Part shown: in pieces, positions 26,181-39,623 of the stretch
Layout: each line of letters starts with the position of its first letter
Numbering within the stretch: position 1 is the stretch's first letter
Assembly (NCBI GenBank): GCA_015680685.1
Contig: MNCI01000312.1
Span: forward strand, 124,001 to 188,000
From: Gnetum montanum
Lineage: Eukaryota > Plantae > Gnetophyta
DNA length: 64,000 nucleotides
Reading direction: 5' to 3'
Notes under the pieces: model-generated
The model's database searches: none
The model's input: only the letters and a program-made list of their open reading frames with translations
What the model was told of the DNA's origin: nothing
Position numbers and translations under genes: made by a program

Positions 26181-26883
26181 GCAACAAGTTCATGGCAAAC
26201 ATCTCATCCATGCTTTTTCTAATCATTTGTTTACCTTTACAACATTATATCATGTTTCAATGTTGGTTCTAGCCTTATGTGCTCTTTCAAGGGCATCCCA
26301 TGCTAGATAGGCATGACCTCATGGTCCACCAAGGCCTAAATTTGCACTACGACTTGTGATGGCCTTAAACTGGTAATCTGGCCCACAAAGGCCTAAAGCT
26401 GACAATATCATGGCCCTCTAAGGTCTTGAACTGGCAACATTATGGCCTACCAAGGCCTAAAATTAATGAGCATAACAAACTCGTATTCTCATCCCTATAC
26501 CAAAGTCATATCTAGTCTATGTAATGGCATTATTTGCAAGTGTTACTTATCTGCATGTACTTTACTTTACAATAATCATTATAACATATTTTTCTAGCCT
26601 TTTCACATCTACCCTTTATGCATTTCAAATATAAAAATCTAGAGCTAACATGTAGCCATAGTCACACTATGTGACAACAATCAAAGAATACCAAAATGTC
26701 CATATGTCCATGGCCAGAGGTACACCATGCACCATACGATAATTAAAACATTACATAGTCATCAATGAAATCATCAAGTAAGCAAAAATTAAGTCATGGG
26801 AAGAAGGGAAGGGCTCATTGAGTACGTCATCACCAACCACATCAACATCATTATGTGAAGCCTACAAACAACAATAAACCAAG

Positions 26884-27875
26884 TGATGAGTGGTGAGCTA
26901 CCCCTACACTCAACCATACGAAACAAGCATCGCACGTGCGATCCAGTCGAACTCTGCAGATGGACTAGTTGTGGCACCTAGATAGTTAGCCTTAGGTCGC
27001 AGTTCGTTGTCTTCCCACCTAGACTAGTATTGCATATGTCATGTATGGTTTAGTCCAGATGAGGTGTATGATGTGTTCCTAATTCTATACTACTCCTAAA
27101 GGTAGTGGAAAATAATATTAACTAATCTAAGCTAGGAGGAAAAGGGTAAGGAAATCTAAACTAGCCTAAGTGCGACGAGCAATTGATTCCTTGATCAACC
27201 GTACACATCTTGGACCTCGTGCATGACTACCACTGGGATTTATCAAGTGTAGATCCTAGGTACGCCATTGGGATTACCAAGCGTAGATCCCAAATACGCC
27301 ACTGGGTTACCAAGTGTAGATCCTAGCTACACCACTGGGCTACCAAGTAGTCACACTTAAATGCTCGTAACCAAGTCGTACTCATTCCGCTTCTAGGAGC
27401 TTAAGGGTGAGAGACTAATTGCGATGAGTAACTGATTCCTTGACTAGCCGTACACATCCGTAGATGCTCGTAATCAAGTCGTACTCACACCACGCTATGA
27501 AAGCAATAAATAACAAATAAATAAACTAAGTGAATGCTGCAATGATGAAGTAATCTCAATCTTTATTGCCGGTCATGTGCGTGTCCAAGTACGGCACACT
27601 CGAATAAAGACACCGTACAATTACATTCACCACACTGTGGCTAGACACAAGAAAAATTCTAACTCTGGAGGGATCAAACTGCCAGAGCTTCGCTACTCTA
27701 AAACTGGGATTCTGAACAAGGGAGAGTCACGTCTTATTTATAGATATGGTGGTAGACTACGATATCGCGTACGTGATATCATAGGAGAAGATGCGATATC
27801 GTGGGGGATGTGATATCGTGTCAGCTGCGATATCGCGTACGCGATATCGTGGCCTATGCGAACCGTGTCTCATCA
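26884..27875 (-). repeat. 3' LTR of element B
   Basis: Closely similar to 34464-35484; ~34-bp subrepeats at 27230-27350; CGATATCG array at 27760-27850. Confidence 0.95.
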
Positions 27876-28019
27876 TACCCCCACAACTAAATAAAAACTC
27901 GTCCTTGAGTTACAAGGAGAATAAGATTCAGTGATTACACAGTGGATAGGTATGATATTATTAACTGGAAAAAGAAATGGACTAATGCCGCAGTGTGGGA
28001 AGACACAACATAGAGAAAA

Positions 28020-30651
28020 AATACTACAACTACAAAAATGTGGAATCTCATGTAGTTCCTGGTGGCGGTGGCTCCTCCATGGGTGCTTTCCCTTTGTCAT
28101 GTGCTTCAAGCTTTGAAGGTTGATGACGCTGAAGAATAGCCTGGAGCTTCTCCTCTTCAGTCTGGGGGTCTTATGCCGTCCATGCTGATGCTCCGATGTT
28201 TGATGGAGTCGGCACTTCCCACGGACAGGGTAGTTGCAAAAACATTTGATTAGCCTTGACATACCATGCCGCATACCCGTCGTTCCTCTTCATAGGCTTT
28301 GGCCTTGTCTTTGTATTCGTGAAGCTCTGTTAGCCATCGAGCCAAGTTGGTTGTCACATCTTTCTGTCCTTGGTAGCTTTCTTTTACCACCGCGAGTTCA
28401 AAATTTGCGACATCTAGTTTTTCAGCCAACTTCTTTCGCTCTGCAAATTCTGCTTCATATTTGATATGGGTGGAAGCTACCTGCTGCTCGAGCTCTGACC
28501 TCGGGAATCCTGCTGTTAACATGGTCAGGTTGGCATATCGAAGGTTTGCCAACTCCATGTATTCAGTTAAGTCNNNNNNNNNNNNNNNNNNNNNNNNNNN
28601 NNNNNNNNNNNNNNNNNNNNNNNNNNNNNNNNNNNNNNNNGTACCTCCTCCATTGAGAGGGTTCGATTTTCTCTGGCTAAACGGCTTACATCTCGGTTGA
28701 CCTGAATGAATTGTTCTCACAACTGATGGAAGTGTTCATCGAGAACATTCTTTTGTTTCTCCACAGAAGTCAACCGAAGATTTTCTGCAACCAACTACTT
28801 ATTCTCTTCCTGCAAGGCCTTGAGTGCCTTAAGATGTGCATGAGTTTGCGCCTTTGCTGCAGAGGCATCCCAAGTGGCTGACTCCTTTTCTTATACCACC
28901 TTCTTATTTTTTGCAATTAGTTTTGTTAGTTGCTCAGTTCTAAAATTGTCTAGCTGGTCTATGGGAACTAATTGCAAAGGATCCCGCTGTACTGCTTGTA
29001 AGGCCAAGAGCTTTTCTTGTAATTTCTGCACTTCAGCTTCAGCATGCTATGCCCTTACTTCGGATAGGACTAGCTTCCCCTTTGTGGAAATGAGGTTTGA
29101 TTGAATTGCCATTACATCCTGGGGGATGTCAAATAGGGACGTCAAAAATTGTCCTGTTTGAAGCAATCTATCCAATGCATCCTCATGTTCTGTAGGAGTC
29201 ATTGAGGTTTCGGCAATAGTTTGAGCATCCTGTGCTCCTGAAAGATCGGTCGATGGCACAACAGGTACATTGAAAGACTCTTTGATGTAGTCAGCAATCA
29301 CTTCAGTAGCTCCCGCGGCATCCTGGTATTGCATGACCACCACAGTGACCCCTTCACCAGTCTCTAACTACACTTGAAAAGATGTTGCGTGTCTAGAGAT
29401 CTGTTGTGACCATCTGCTTTCCCCTCTTCCTGTTCGCATTGATAACTCACCCCATGTGTGATCTACTGAAATCATAGGCTGGTTGGCATCATCAATGACG
29501 TGGAAGAGATTGGCATCATCACGACTTCCCCAACTAACCATCTCGGCGATGGCCCTAAGATGGCTCATCGACAGTCTGTAGTCTTGCAGTGGTGGCTGAT
29601 CCTGGCTTGTGCTGGGTCCTGCTTCTTGTTTTTGGCTAGGACCTATGGCTAGAGGTTAACTGGGTCCTGCAAGTCGAGTTTTAGGGGATCCAGCCATCTG
29701 TTCTTCTTCTTCTTCATCTAGTCCCAGCTCTTCGCCAGTGCTATTTCTTGGAGCTGGCGCCTTTAATAATTTAGCATAAGAAGCATTTTGGGCTTTTCAG
29801 AGGATGTCATCTGTGTATCCCCGAATACCAACCCATTGGCACAGTTTTCTGATAAGGTAGGGAAAAGGGAGTGCCATTTTCCCTGACTTCCATTCTTCGA
29901 ATCGCCTTAGGATCTCCGTCAAATATAGATGGGGGAGGTTAGCGTTAACCTTTCCCGTCAACACTACACATCCTCTTGCCGCGTACGTTGATATTCTTTT
30001 CAAACCTTTTGTGGGGAAGAGGTGATAGGTTCTGATTTTGAAATAAACTCTCTCTTCTGTTGTCAGTTCTCCAAAAGCTTTATCTTTGCCATAAGCTTTC
30101 TCTAGCCAATCTTTTCACACATCAGGGCCTGATCAGGTGGATAACCGAGCAACATGGGGGCCTGAATTTGGAAGGTTTAACACTTCCAAAATTACATGTG
30201 CAGAAAAATCTACTGTCACACCACCGATGTTAATTGTGGTGCCTTGCTCCTTATTGTACCAGAATAGGTATGTTTCACCTAAGTACCAGGCACCACACTT
30301 AGAGAGAACAGGCCATAAGGGAGACCCTTTAAGGTGATCCCTAACAACCTCAGGAGTGAACTCTGCAAAAGATTTGAAGTTAAGTTCCACAATCACTGAA
30401 GCAATTGTGGACTTCATATGGATAGCCTAGACACATTCCAAGGGCAACGTGAGTTGTTGTCCCAGTTCAGGCGCAGTAGCTCCTCCTTCCGCCTGCCTGG
30501 ATCATCTAGTAGGAGGTTCTTCTTGATGGATACTGAATGAGTGCACCTCCTGTTCGGTATGTTGTCCAGCAGGACCTTGCCTTCTACCTCTCCGAGATTG
30601 TTTCACTCCACCTTGGGCAGGACCCTCCTGCTGTGAACATTTTGGGGCCAT
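28020..30651 (-). pseudogene. Accessory (env-like position) ORF of element B: Athila ORF1/plant-transposon-type domain, disordered linker, coiled coil; 3' end approximate
   Basis: ATG at 30651 (MAPK...); ORF-track pieces starting at 30417, 30003, 29568 and 29343 share one frame; FWYN...IGGVTVDFSAHVILEVLNLP..G and NLPHLYLTEI...LPFPYLIRKLC; contains N gap 28574-28640. Confidence 0.75.
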
Positions 30652-31118
30652 CTGCAATCACACGGGCCAAACGTTAGTAAGGTTGTTTTCAAATTCAAGT
30701 TATACCTTACTACATGCCTTAATTAAAGATCTTATGTTATCGTGTGATCATGCCCAAAAATTATGATAATGGGTTCTATGACTTAGGTAGGTTTCATTGT
30801 TAAGCTCCCTGCATACTTAAGGTTTATATGATTTTTGGCACAATTTGTCTAAGTGTTAGTAGTAATTACCCTAATTGATGTCCTTTGGGTGATGAAAAAT
30901 TTCAAAAAAGTTAGGCACTTTTCAGCAAATGTCTCTCCCCCATGACTAAACTGAACACTCCGGGTTCAAGCAGGTTCAAACAGAATTAAAATCGAAGTAC
31001 CAGTGCGCGAGATATGAGTGTAAAAGCAAGGGTCACGCAAGCGCAAGTCACAGAGAAAAAATTCAAAAATTTCCCCCGCGTAAATGGCCAAATGATGCTA
31101 AGTGTTGCGGCGGGGGTT

Positions 31119-31215
31119 CCTATTTATAGGAAAATAGGACATGATATCTCGTACGGTACATCGCGTATGCGATATCACGTGGGACGCGATATCGTGTACG
31201 TGATATCTCGTCCCA
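31119..31215 (-). promoter_or_regulatory. Putative internal promoter (CGATATCG array followed by TATA box)
   Basis: Same motif array and ctataaata arrangement as the LTR at 35330-35463. Confidence 0.6.
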
Positions 31216-33204
31216 ACTAAGGTGAGACACCTGAAAAAGACCAAATTTTTAATGATTTTTCTTGAAATTAATGTGTAAAGTGAGGACATTGAGAAGAATA
31301 ATTATATGCAAGGGTAATTACAGGAATTCGAGAGGCACTTTGAATGATATTGGTGTGAATTTAACAATTAAAAATTTGGTGGTTATGAAGAAAAGGGAAT
31401 ATAATGGTACATTGGAACGTTAAAGTTTTGAGGGTTAATAAATGGGAAAGAAACTTATGAAAATTAAGCCAAGGGTAAGAAATTGTGTGTTTGAGCTAGA
31501 GAATTAATGAAGATTACAACAAAATTACACAAGTGGATCCTCCCCAAAGTAGGTTTTAACCTATTATGCCCTTGCGTAATCACACTTAAAGTGTCCGTGG
31601 GCACTAGAAGGGTTAGATGTAATCTGCACTAACTCCAAAAAACACACGCATGTAAATATCACTGAAATGAGATGAAAATTCTATGTTACATGGGACACGA
31701 GATACAATTACACAAACAGCGAGATGAGACGAAGTGTAGAAAGGGATCGTAGAGATTGGGACATAAGGTAACTAACCCAGGGCATAATGAATCTTGCGTG
31801 AAAAGCATGATTAAGGTTTCATTAACCCATCGTTCCAAGATCAAGACCAAGTCCATCCGTCTAAACAGTGACATCACATTGTTTCATCCCATGATGAACA
31901 ACTATGAGAGTATCATAACAACAAGGCGTACGATCACTTGGCGTTTAGTACAAGGGAGGAGTGATTTTTGTTTTATGGCACTTCTTTTTCTTTTCTTCTC
32001 TTTTTTTTTCTTCACTTTACTGAATCCAGAGAAGCTGCCAACCTTCAGGCATGGGTGCATGTCNTAATATCATTGTACCCTTGAACATAACCTCTTTATT
32101 TATAGAGTGGATGAGTGGGTGTAATGGGCTCACTGTTCCAAATAATTGATCACTCATGACTTAATAACATAAAACACACCTCAACCAACGATCCACATGA
32201 GTGTTTTATTCGTAGATGAGATTACTTAAAAAAATATGAAAGAAACAAACACACAAAAAGATAAAAAAAAAGTTGAAAAATGAAAAACTGGAAAACAAAA
32301 AGTTGAAAAATTAAAGAAAATGAAAAATATTTATTAATCCTACTTATTATTGAAATGGGGGATATCCCCCATAACTAAATAGTTGAGTATGGCAAGGATT
32401 AATAAATGGAAAACAAGGATCCTTGCATGTTGGAAATATTGAAGTTGGTCCATACTTATCCCCTTGGGGTTCACACACTTGATTATAATAAGCATAGTGG
32501 GGCACTGTATGCGATGTAGTTCCCAGATAACGAGTTGACCCACTATGATGTTTGTGACCGTTACATGGTATGCAAGGATTATGATGATGCCTCCCATGGT
32601 TGCGTTCATTGGGCCGTATGGTTGTTGGAGTGTTAGTTGGTGGCCCTGATGAAGTTACATGAGGCGTTGGGTTCGAAGGTAAGGATGCACCACAGGGTTG
32701 AACTTGTGCTGGGTTGGAAGGTGCAGTGGCCTCAAAGTTATGTTGTCCCTTCCTATGGTCATGTTTAAAGAAAGGATGCCTTTGATGTTGCTGAGGTTAC
32801 TCATTGCTATTAGTAGCAGTAGCACAAGTGTTGTTCATGGGTTGCGATGGTACAAACACCTTAGGAACAGTTGGTGGAATTGTGGAAGGAGGGAAAGGAT
32901 GAGAATGTGGAAAGTTAGGAGGAATATAAGGTGCACAAGGTGGTGGTTGCGTTGGAGGTATGGGTTGATAGTATTGTGGAGAAGGGTATTGTGGTGAGAT
33001 AAAGTGTGGCGGCCCAGTTTGAGAAACAAGATGTTGAACTTGATAAGCATTTGGATTCGGATAATATGAAGGGTGCCTCTAGTCTAAGGGTGGTCTCCCC
33101 CACAACTGGGATTGTTGCCACTGTGATCTAACATAGTATCTCTGTATGAACTATGGATGTAACGTGTTTTCCCAATGCTCATGTAGATGTAACAAGATTG
33201 GGCA

Positions 33205-34050
33205 TTAGCCTTTGGGGTGATCGTACAGGCATATGTTGCATTCATATGTATGATTGGCAGTTAAGCACTTATTCCCTTCGTTCTTTTTCTTCGAATGTCT
33301 ACTGGTTTTTCCTACTTCTTGGGTTGTCAAAACTCTATCTCCACTGATATTGATATATTCTCCACACTTTTGATTCATCCATTCCAACATTTTATTGATC
33401 TTTGCCTCGGCTTCTTCTAACGATTGTTGAATTGGCAAAGATGATGTTTCCACCTTGAGATTTGTTGATATCTCCTTGTTACGATCATGGACCTTTGTTG
33501 AGTTATGATTTTGGTCCCGTTGATGTTTTTCAACACTCTCCCATGTAGCTAATTCTCCTTCTTCTTTTGCTACCCGCTTAATAAGCTCTTGGATTTGATG
33601 GGTTCGTAGGTTGTATAGTTGACCTCGGGCATACGTTCCTATGGTCTCTCTGGTTTCATTACGTAGCCCATCAATGATATGGTACATTAGCCTTTCCTTG
33701 GAAAACCCATGGCCTGGATAGTTGTTTAACAGTGAATAATATCTTTCTAAGGCCTTGTCCAAAGGTTCATGTTGTGCTTGTTTCCATCCTTGGATTTGTT
33801 TCCTCAAGGCTAACACTCTTGCGTAGGTTTGATATTTTTCATTAAACACCTCTACCATTGTTGACCAGCGTTGTATTGAATTTGGTTTTAATGAGCTATA
33901 CCATACTTTAGCATGGTCAACGAGTGTCATAGGAAAGAGCTTCAGTTTTTGCCAACTGTTATCATTGTTATTCCATGTGTAGGCATCGTAGAAGGCTAGT
34001 AAATGTTGATGCGGATCTAAGTCATAGCCTCCTGAAAATTTGGGAAAGTT
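33205..34050 (-). pseudogene. Athila-type gag of element B
   Basis: FPKFSGG...DPHQHLLAFYD...KLKLFPMTLVDHAKVWYSSLKPNSIQRWSTMVEVFNEKY...Q...EPLDKALERY..LL..YPGHG. Confidence 0.88.
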
Positions 34051-34443
34051 GTTTAAATCGAGCCTGGGTAGACGGCTCTCTTTACACTGGCTACATGAGA
34101 TTCAAACAGCCTCTTGTATTTGCGTGAAGCTTGTAGGGGCCAGTGGGGGTTCATCGTTATCGGGTAAGTTAGGCTTTCATGTACTATGATGATGTTGTTT
34201 TTGTTCATTCTTATAGGAAACTCCCACTTCAGGTTGTATACTCCAACCTTCATCGTCATATAGCTCGTTGGTTCTCCAATGAACTTTCTCACTAAGTGTG
34301 GCGTTATTATCATCTTGTAGGAGAGGCATTGTTGTGTGTGAATTTATGTAACTTTTTATAAGTATTTCTTCTTTTTAAGAGATATATCGTTAAGTTCTTT
34401 ACAGCGACCTTGTATGATATAACTAATCTAGATAACTAGCACC

Positions 34444-34462
34444 ATCCCCGGCAACGGCGCTA
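34444..34462 (-). promoter_or_regulatory. Primer-binding site, tRNA-Asp type typical of Athila
   Basis: TAGCGCCGTTGCCGGGGAT, one mismatch from TGGCGCCGTTGCCGGGGA, 1 nt from the LTR end. Confidence 0.85.
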
Positions 34463-34463
34463 A

Positions 34464-35484
34464 TGATGAGTGGCGAGGTACCCCTACACTCAACCATACG
34501 AAACGAGCGTTGCACGTGCGATCCGGTCGAACTCCGCAGATGGACTAGTTGTGGCACCTAGATAGTTAGCCTTAGGTCGCAGTTCGCTGTCTTCCCACCT
34601 GGACTAGTATTGCATATGTCACATATGGTTTAGTCTAGATGAGGTGTATGATGTGTTCCTAATTCTATGCTACTCCTAAAGGCAGTGGAAAATAATATTA
34701 ACTAATCTAAGCTAGGGGGAAAAGGGTAAGAAAATCTAATCTAGCCTAAGTGCGATGAGCAACCGATTCCTTGATCAACTGTACACATCTTGGACCTCGT
34801 GCACGACTACCACTAGGATTTACCAAGTGTAGATCCCAAATATGCCACTGGGATTACCAATCGTAGATCCCAAATACACCACTGGGTTACCAAGCGTAGA
34901 TCCTAGCTACACCCACTGGGCTACCAAGTAGTCACACTTAAATGCTCATAACCAAGTCGTACTCATTCCGCTTCTAGGAGTTTAAGGGTGAGAGACTAAT
35001 CGCGATGAGTAACCGATTCCTTGACTAGCCGTACACATCCGTAGATACCCGTAATCAAGTCGTACTCACACCGCGCTATGAAAGCAATAAATAACATTAA
35101 ATAAATAACAAATAAATAAACTAAGTGAATGCTGCAATGATGAAGTAATCTCGATTGTTATTGCCGGTCGTGTGCATGTCCAAGTACGACACACTCGAAT
35201 AAAGACACCGTACAATTACATTCACCACACTACAGGCAGACATGGGAAAAATTCTAACTCTAGAGGGATCAAACTGCCAGAGCTTCGCTACTCTAAAACT
35301 GGGATTCCGAACAAGGGAGAGTCGCATCTTATTTATAGATATGGCAGCGGATTGCGATATCGCGTACGTGATATCGTAGGGGAAGATGCGATATCGCGTA
35401 TGCGATATCGTGGGCGATGCGATATCGCGTCGGCTGCGATATCGCGTACGCGATATCGCAGCCTGTGCGAACCGCGTCTCATCA
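34464..35484 (-). repeat. 5' LTR of element B
   Basis: TG...CA with a 7-bp terminal inverted repeat; adjacent to the PBS. Confidence 0.95.
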
Positions 35485-36319
35485 CCAAGTAAACATTAAT
35501 AACCATTATAGCCATAACATATGAAATCATTAACTACAACATATATGCAGACATGCAATTACAATATTATATTTATAATAGAATACTTGGTGTGGATTAG
35601 TGTTCTTGCTAGGCATCTTCATTGTGAAAACTTCTTGTTTAGTACCATTGTTCCATCCAGGCATCCCTAGATAGTTCATCATTGCCACTGGCAAAAAGCC
35701 CATCTCTTTGAACTAGGAAAACAATTCATTTCAATAAAGGAACTTAAGAAGGACCCTTTCTAGGAGATTGTAGATATAGAAGTCAGAAAGTAATTAACAA
35801 TCAAGAAAAAATGAACAATGTACAAATCTAAGTTAAATACGTGGAATCACGTAAGATACTTTGTTCCATTTATTTCCCTTATATCCCTCCTTGGTGCTGC
35901 AAAGAAATATGAATGGTACAGGTCTCACAATCAACCCAAAGCTATCACAGGTCTCACAATCAACCCAAACTTATCAGCATTGCCACGTTAGATATCTAAT
36001 TCCCGCATCGTTGCTAAAACAATCATGCATTAAATAAATGATTTGTAGTTAAATATCCGGGAAACCATTTGATACGGATGCATGCTTAGTCATGAAAATT
36101 TAATAACGAATGACCTGAAAGCCACTTTCACATGTTCTTCCACCCCTATAAATGTTCTCAAATTGATGTTAAAAAAAACAAAAAGCAAAAAACACAAAAC
36201 TGAACACCTGAGAACACGCGCGTAGTTATGTTACGGTTGTAAAAACAAGACATTTTTTTGACTGCACGATCTTCATGCAATGTACTGTCAAAGAAATAAA
36301 GAACGATCTCCCCAACCTA

Positions 36320-36583
36320 GAGGTCGGAGAGCAGACCCAAGTCCTCAGGCAGGTACGCAGCGATATCGGCGTGGCTGAGATTGATCCCGGCGATAATTTT
36401 GATGCAAGAATTGTCCAATGCAGGGGAGCTCGTGTAGTTGCAGACCTCGGGGCCGACCTAGGAATGCGTGATGTTCACGGGCTCAAAAATGATGGCCTCC
36501 TTCCACGCCTGCAAAGCAATGGAAGCATGCCGCAGCCACGGATTCTGGAAATGCAGGGATGGATCCTCCTGAACGAACTCATC
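36320..36583 (-). pseudogene. Fragment of a leucine-rich repeat extensin (LRX/PEX family) N-terminal region
   Basis: Reverse strand reads DEFVQEDPSLHFQNPWLRHASIALQAWKEAIIFEPVNITHS*VGPEVCNYTSSPALDNSCIKIIAGINLSHADIAAYLPEDLGLLSDL, matching the LRX signature F.NPRL..AYIALQAWK.AI.SDP...VC.YTGVFCAPALD...VAGIDLNHADIAGYLPEELGLLTDL; one stop and a small deletion. Confidence 0.88.
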
Positions 36584-38847
36584 CTCAGAAATGCAAGTAC
36601 CAGAGATGAGACCTCAACCCAGGTCACCTCCGGCGTCTCCAGAGATCGCCCAACAATTTTCGTCTATTATTTTATTGATTTTGATATATTGCCACTCCGC
36701 CCATTCTTTGTGACGTTCTAAATTAAACGAAACTTAGATGAATTAGTTTCATACTTATATTACATAACTATAATCCCACTATTTATTCCACTATTTTATG
36801 TGCCTAACACCTTTAACTATCATCATTTTATCCTTAATTTATACTACTGTTATCCCTTCATCATCATATCATACATTTTGCTACTACACATCCTTCATTC
36901 TCATCTTACATATTATCTACTATCTATATTTGCAACCTTTATGGACTTATGTTATATTGCTTTATAAAAAAATAATAAAAATAATAAAACATAAAACAAA
37001 ATTTTGGTGACAATGTTATAGTAAATTTAATACCTAGTCTGCCATGTTTTATTTTGTCTTCACTCAATTTTATCTTACCTTCATTTTACTAAATTTTATC
37101 CTATTTCTTACCATGGTATAACTTCATTTTGCATTATCTCACCAAGTTCTACCTAACTTTTGCCTTATGATAACCCAACCTAGTGAAAACAGTAGCACCA
37201 TGGCCCACTAAGGCCTTAAACTAGCAAAATATACCTTTATTTAACTATGTTTTCCTTCACTTGGCCTTACTTAGGCCTTGGTTGCCTTGATTTTTCATTA
37301 ATTAATGTCATTTACCATCAACATAGCCCTATTTGACCCTTATTTAACAACATTTTACATGGGTTTTGACCATGATTTGGCCTTTATTTGATCCCATTAT
37401 GCATAATTTAAACTTTGTATCACCATAATCACCTTATTCTCATCCCTTATAACCTTTATTAACCACATTTAATCTTGGTTAGCCTTTGATTGGTGTCAGC
37501 TGATGGAGTTTGATCATCTTTGATCATCATTTGACACCATGACACCATGGCCCACGAAGGCCTAAAACTAGCACCAAGGTCTTAAATTGGCAAAAGTACA
37601 ACCATGTTTGACCTTGCATTATGTTGTATTGCCTTATAGCCTTTGTTGATATTACTTGGATACTTTCATGACTTTTGTTGTAGCATTTTGTCTCATTTAT
37701 GTATTATTACCATAGTATTTTGCATTATTGTTAGCATTATTTTATTGGGTTTATCAATTTTTTATCATTTTGTTACACAGGTGCCACTTGATGTGCTTAT
37801 GTTGTCATGCAGATTGAGCCAAGCGAATGAGGAAGCAAATTGGACTAGCCTTAAAGCTTGAGTAAACCCCTCTCATGATGTTGTCAAACTAAGTTAACCA
37901 TAAATATCCAAACCTTGAGCTTTGAGACCACTACACTATACAACCATAACACCTTGAAGTAGCCTGTGACTACTATTAACCTTGGAGCCAAATAGATCAT
38001 GGAGGGTCCCCTAGTCAAAATTCCCATCTAAACCATGACAGTGAGGAGAAAATGTATAGGACCAAGTTTCTCACTAGATCTCAAGCCTATTCATAACTGC
38101 ATTAACCCTTTACTATGCAACATTAAAGCCATCATATAGCCTCAATTATATATGATGCTCACATGTTTACTTGTAATATTGTTTATTGTTGTTGATAGGT
38201 TTCAACAAATGACTGGTGTTGACAACTCTGATGATTTACAACAAGNACATTTCCTTCATTATGCTCTACCATTTAGTCTGCTATATGTAACACACCTCAT
38301 TCAATAAGAAAATGAAATTAAATTAATCTTGGCAAAGAAACCCAATGAAGGTTTCACCCCATAAAAAAATGGAAAAAAAATAAAAGAAAAAAAAAAGGAG
38401 GGGAAGCAAGCTACCGAGAACTTGGAATGATCTATGAAGACTAAAAGAACAAATTAATGGCTCCAAAAATACAAAGGAAGAAGCCTAGTGGCTAAAAGAA
38501 ACCTTGGAGCATGTGGTTGGGTTCTCAAATGCATTTGCTAAGTCACCAACATCTCAAAGCATGAAATGCGAAAAGCTATCAATGGACAAACATGGTAGTG
38601 CCATAGCCATGATGTTGACACTTGGAATGCATTGTTCACCCTCATAACATTTTCTTCATAACCCCATTACCATTACCATTCCCTTATCATAGCCTTATCC
38701 CATCATCACAAGCACTCCTCGGCATAGTTTGACACAGCTGAATCAAACATAGAGAGGGAATGTTGGTGGTGGACCTGCGATGGTATTTTGTATTCTTTGT
38801 TGGTGCCTCTCAAGTCAATCGTCAAGACACCAACAAAGAGGGGCTAA

Positions 38848-39623
38848 TGAAACACCACCAAATTTTCATGTTGTAATCTTTGTAATTCAATCCCATGAAA
38901 CTTGAGGCAAAACTTCATTGTAAATGTGAGGATTGTAATCCATGAGGTGTAATCTTGCACATTTCATACTTTTGGGGCTAAAAAGTGCCTTGTAAGTGGT
39001 CAAGGCCTCATCCCCCAAGTGAAGAAAGTCACATAGTATCTATATTTTGGTTTTGGGGGGCGGGGTGTGTGTGTGTGTTTGGTTTCAAAAATGCCTTCTG
39101 GAATGCCAAAATTAGTATTTTGATGGGTTTTATGGGGTTTATATCATTTTCTATGCTAAAGAAACCTACCTCCAGCTAGGATGCATGGGGGAAAAGCTTA
39201 CTTACCCCAACTAGGATGCATGGGAGGAATGCTCACCTACCTCTAGCTAGGATGAATGGTGGGAAATCTCACTTACCCCCAACTGGGATGCATGGGGGGA
39301 AAGCTCACCTAGCTCTATCTTGGATGCATGGGAGGAAACCTTTCCCCCTTAATGTGGAAGTTTCTCCCCAACGTGGAAATCTTCCCCCCAATGTGGAAGC
39401 TTCCCTCCACCCCCTCTCAGTGTGGAAGCTTTTTGCTAGTATGGAAACTACATGCCCCAAACGTGGAAGCCACAAAGACTAGATTTCAACACTTCATGCA
39501 CTCTATCATTGATCCAATAAGCCAATGTAGAAGGTTGAAGGTCTAAAGTGGTAGATCTATCTCTAGCATGGATGCCATCCCCCATTACTATTTTTAGTAA
39601 ATAGAATGACCATGGGGGTTTGG
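38848..39623 (+). repeat. Partial 3' LTR (probably of A2), truncated by element D
   Basis: PPT aaagaggggctaa precedes it; colinear with 20234-~20990, then switches abruptly to a minus-strand LTR end. Confidence 0.8.

Larger units (their letters stand above)
26884..35484 (-). mobile_element. Complete non-autonomous Athila-like LTR retrotransposon (element B)
   Basis: Paired LTRs tgatgag...ctcatca; perfect TSD ccaag (26879-26883 and 35485-35489); PBS TAGCGCCGTTGCCGGGGAT; PPT-like tract 27876-27888; gag and accessory ORF, no recognisable pol. Confidence 0.93.
20234..39623 (+). mobile_element. Tat/Ogre-like element A2 (non-autonomous, internally rearranged); contains element B; 3' LTR interrupted by element D
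   Basis: LTRs at 20234 and 38848 are the most similar pair by eye and share 37-bp subrepeats; PBS tggggctaaaaggaggg at 21701-21717; PPT at 38835-38847. The pairing is inferred and the TSD cannot be checked. Confidence 0.65.

Noticed and set aside
32698-33121. Short ORFs downstream of element B gag as a protease
   Set aside because: No D-x-G or ILGRPF motif seen; low-complexity, frame-disrupted sequence.
35172-35530. Arg/Tyr-rich ORFs in the element B LTRs
   Set aside because: By-product of the stop-free palindromic CGATATCG array; open on both strands and ending at different points in the two LTRs.
36275-36721. 148-aa plus-strand ORF
   Set aside because: Antisense shadow of the LRX fragment; the recognisable protein is on the minus strand.
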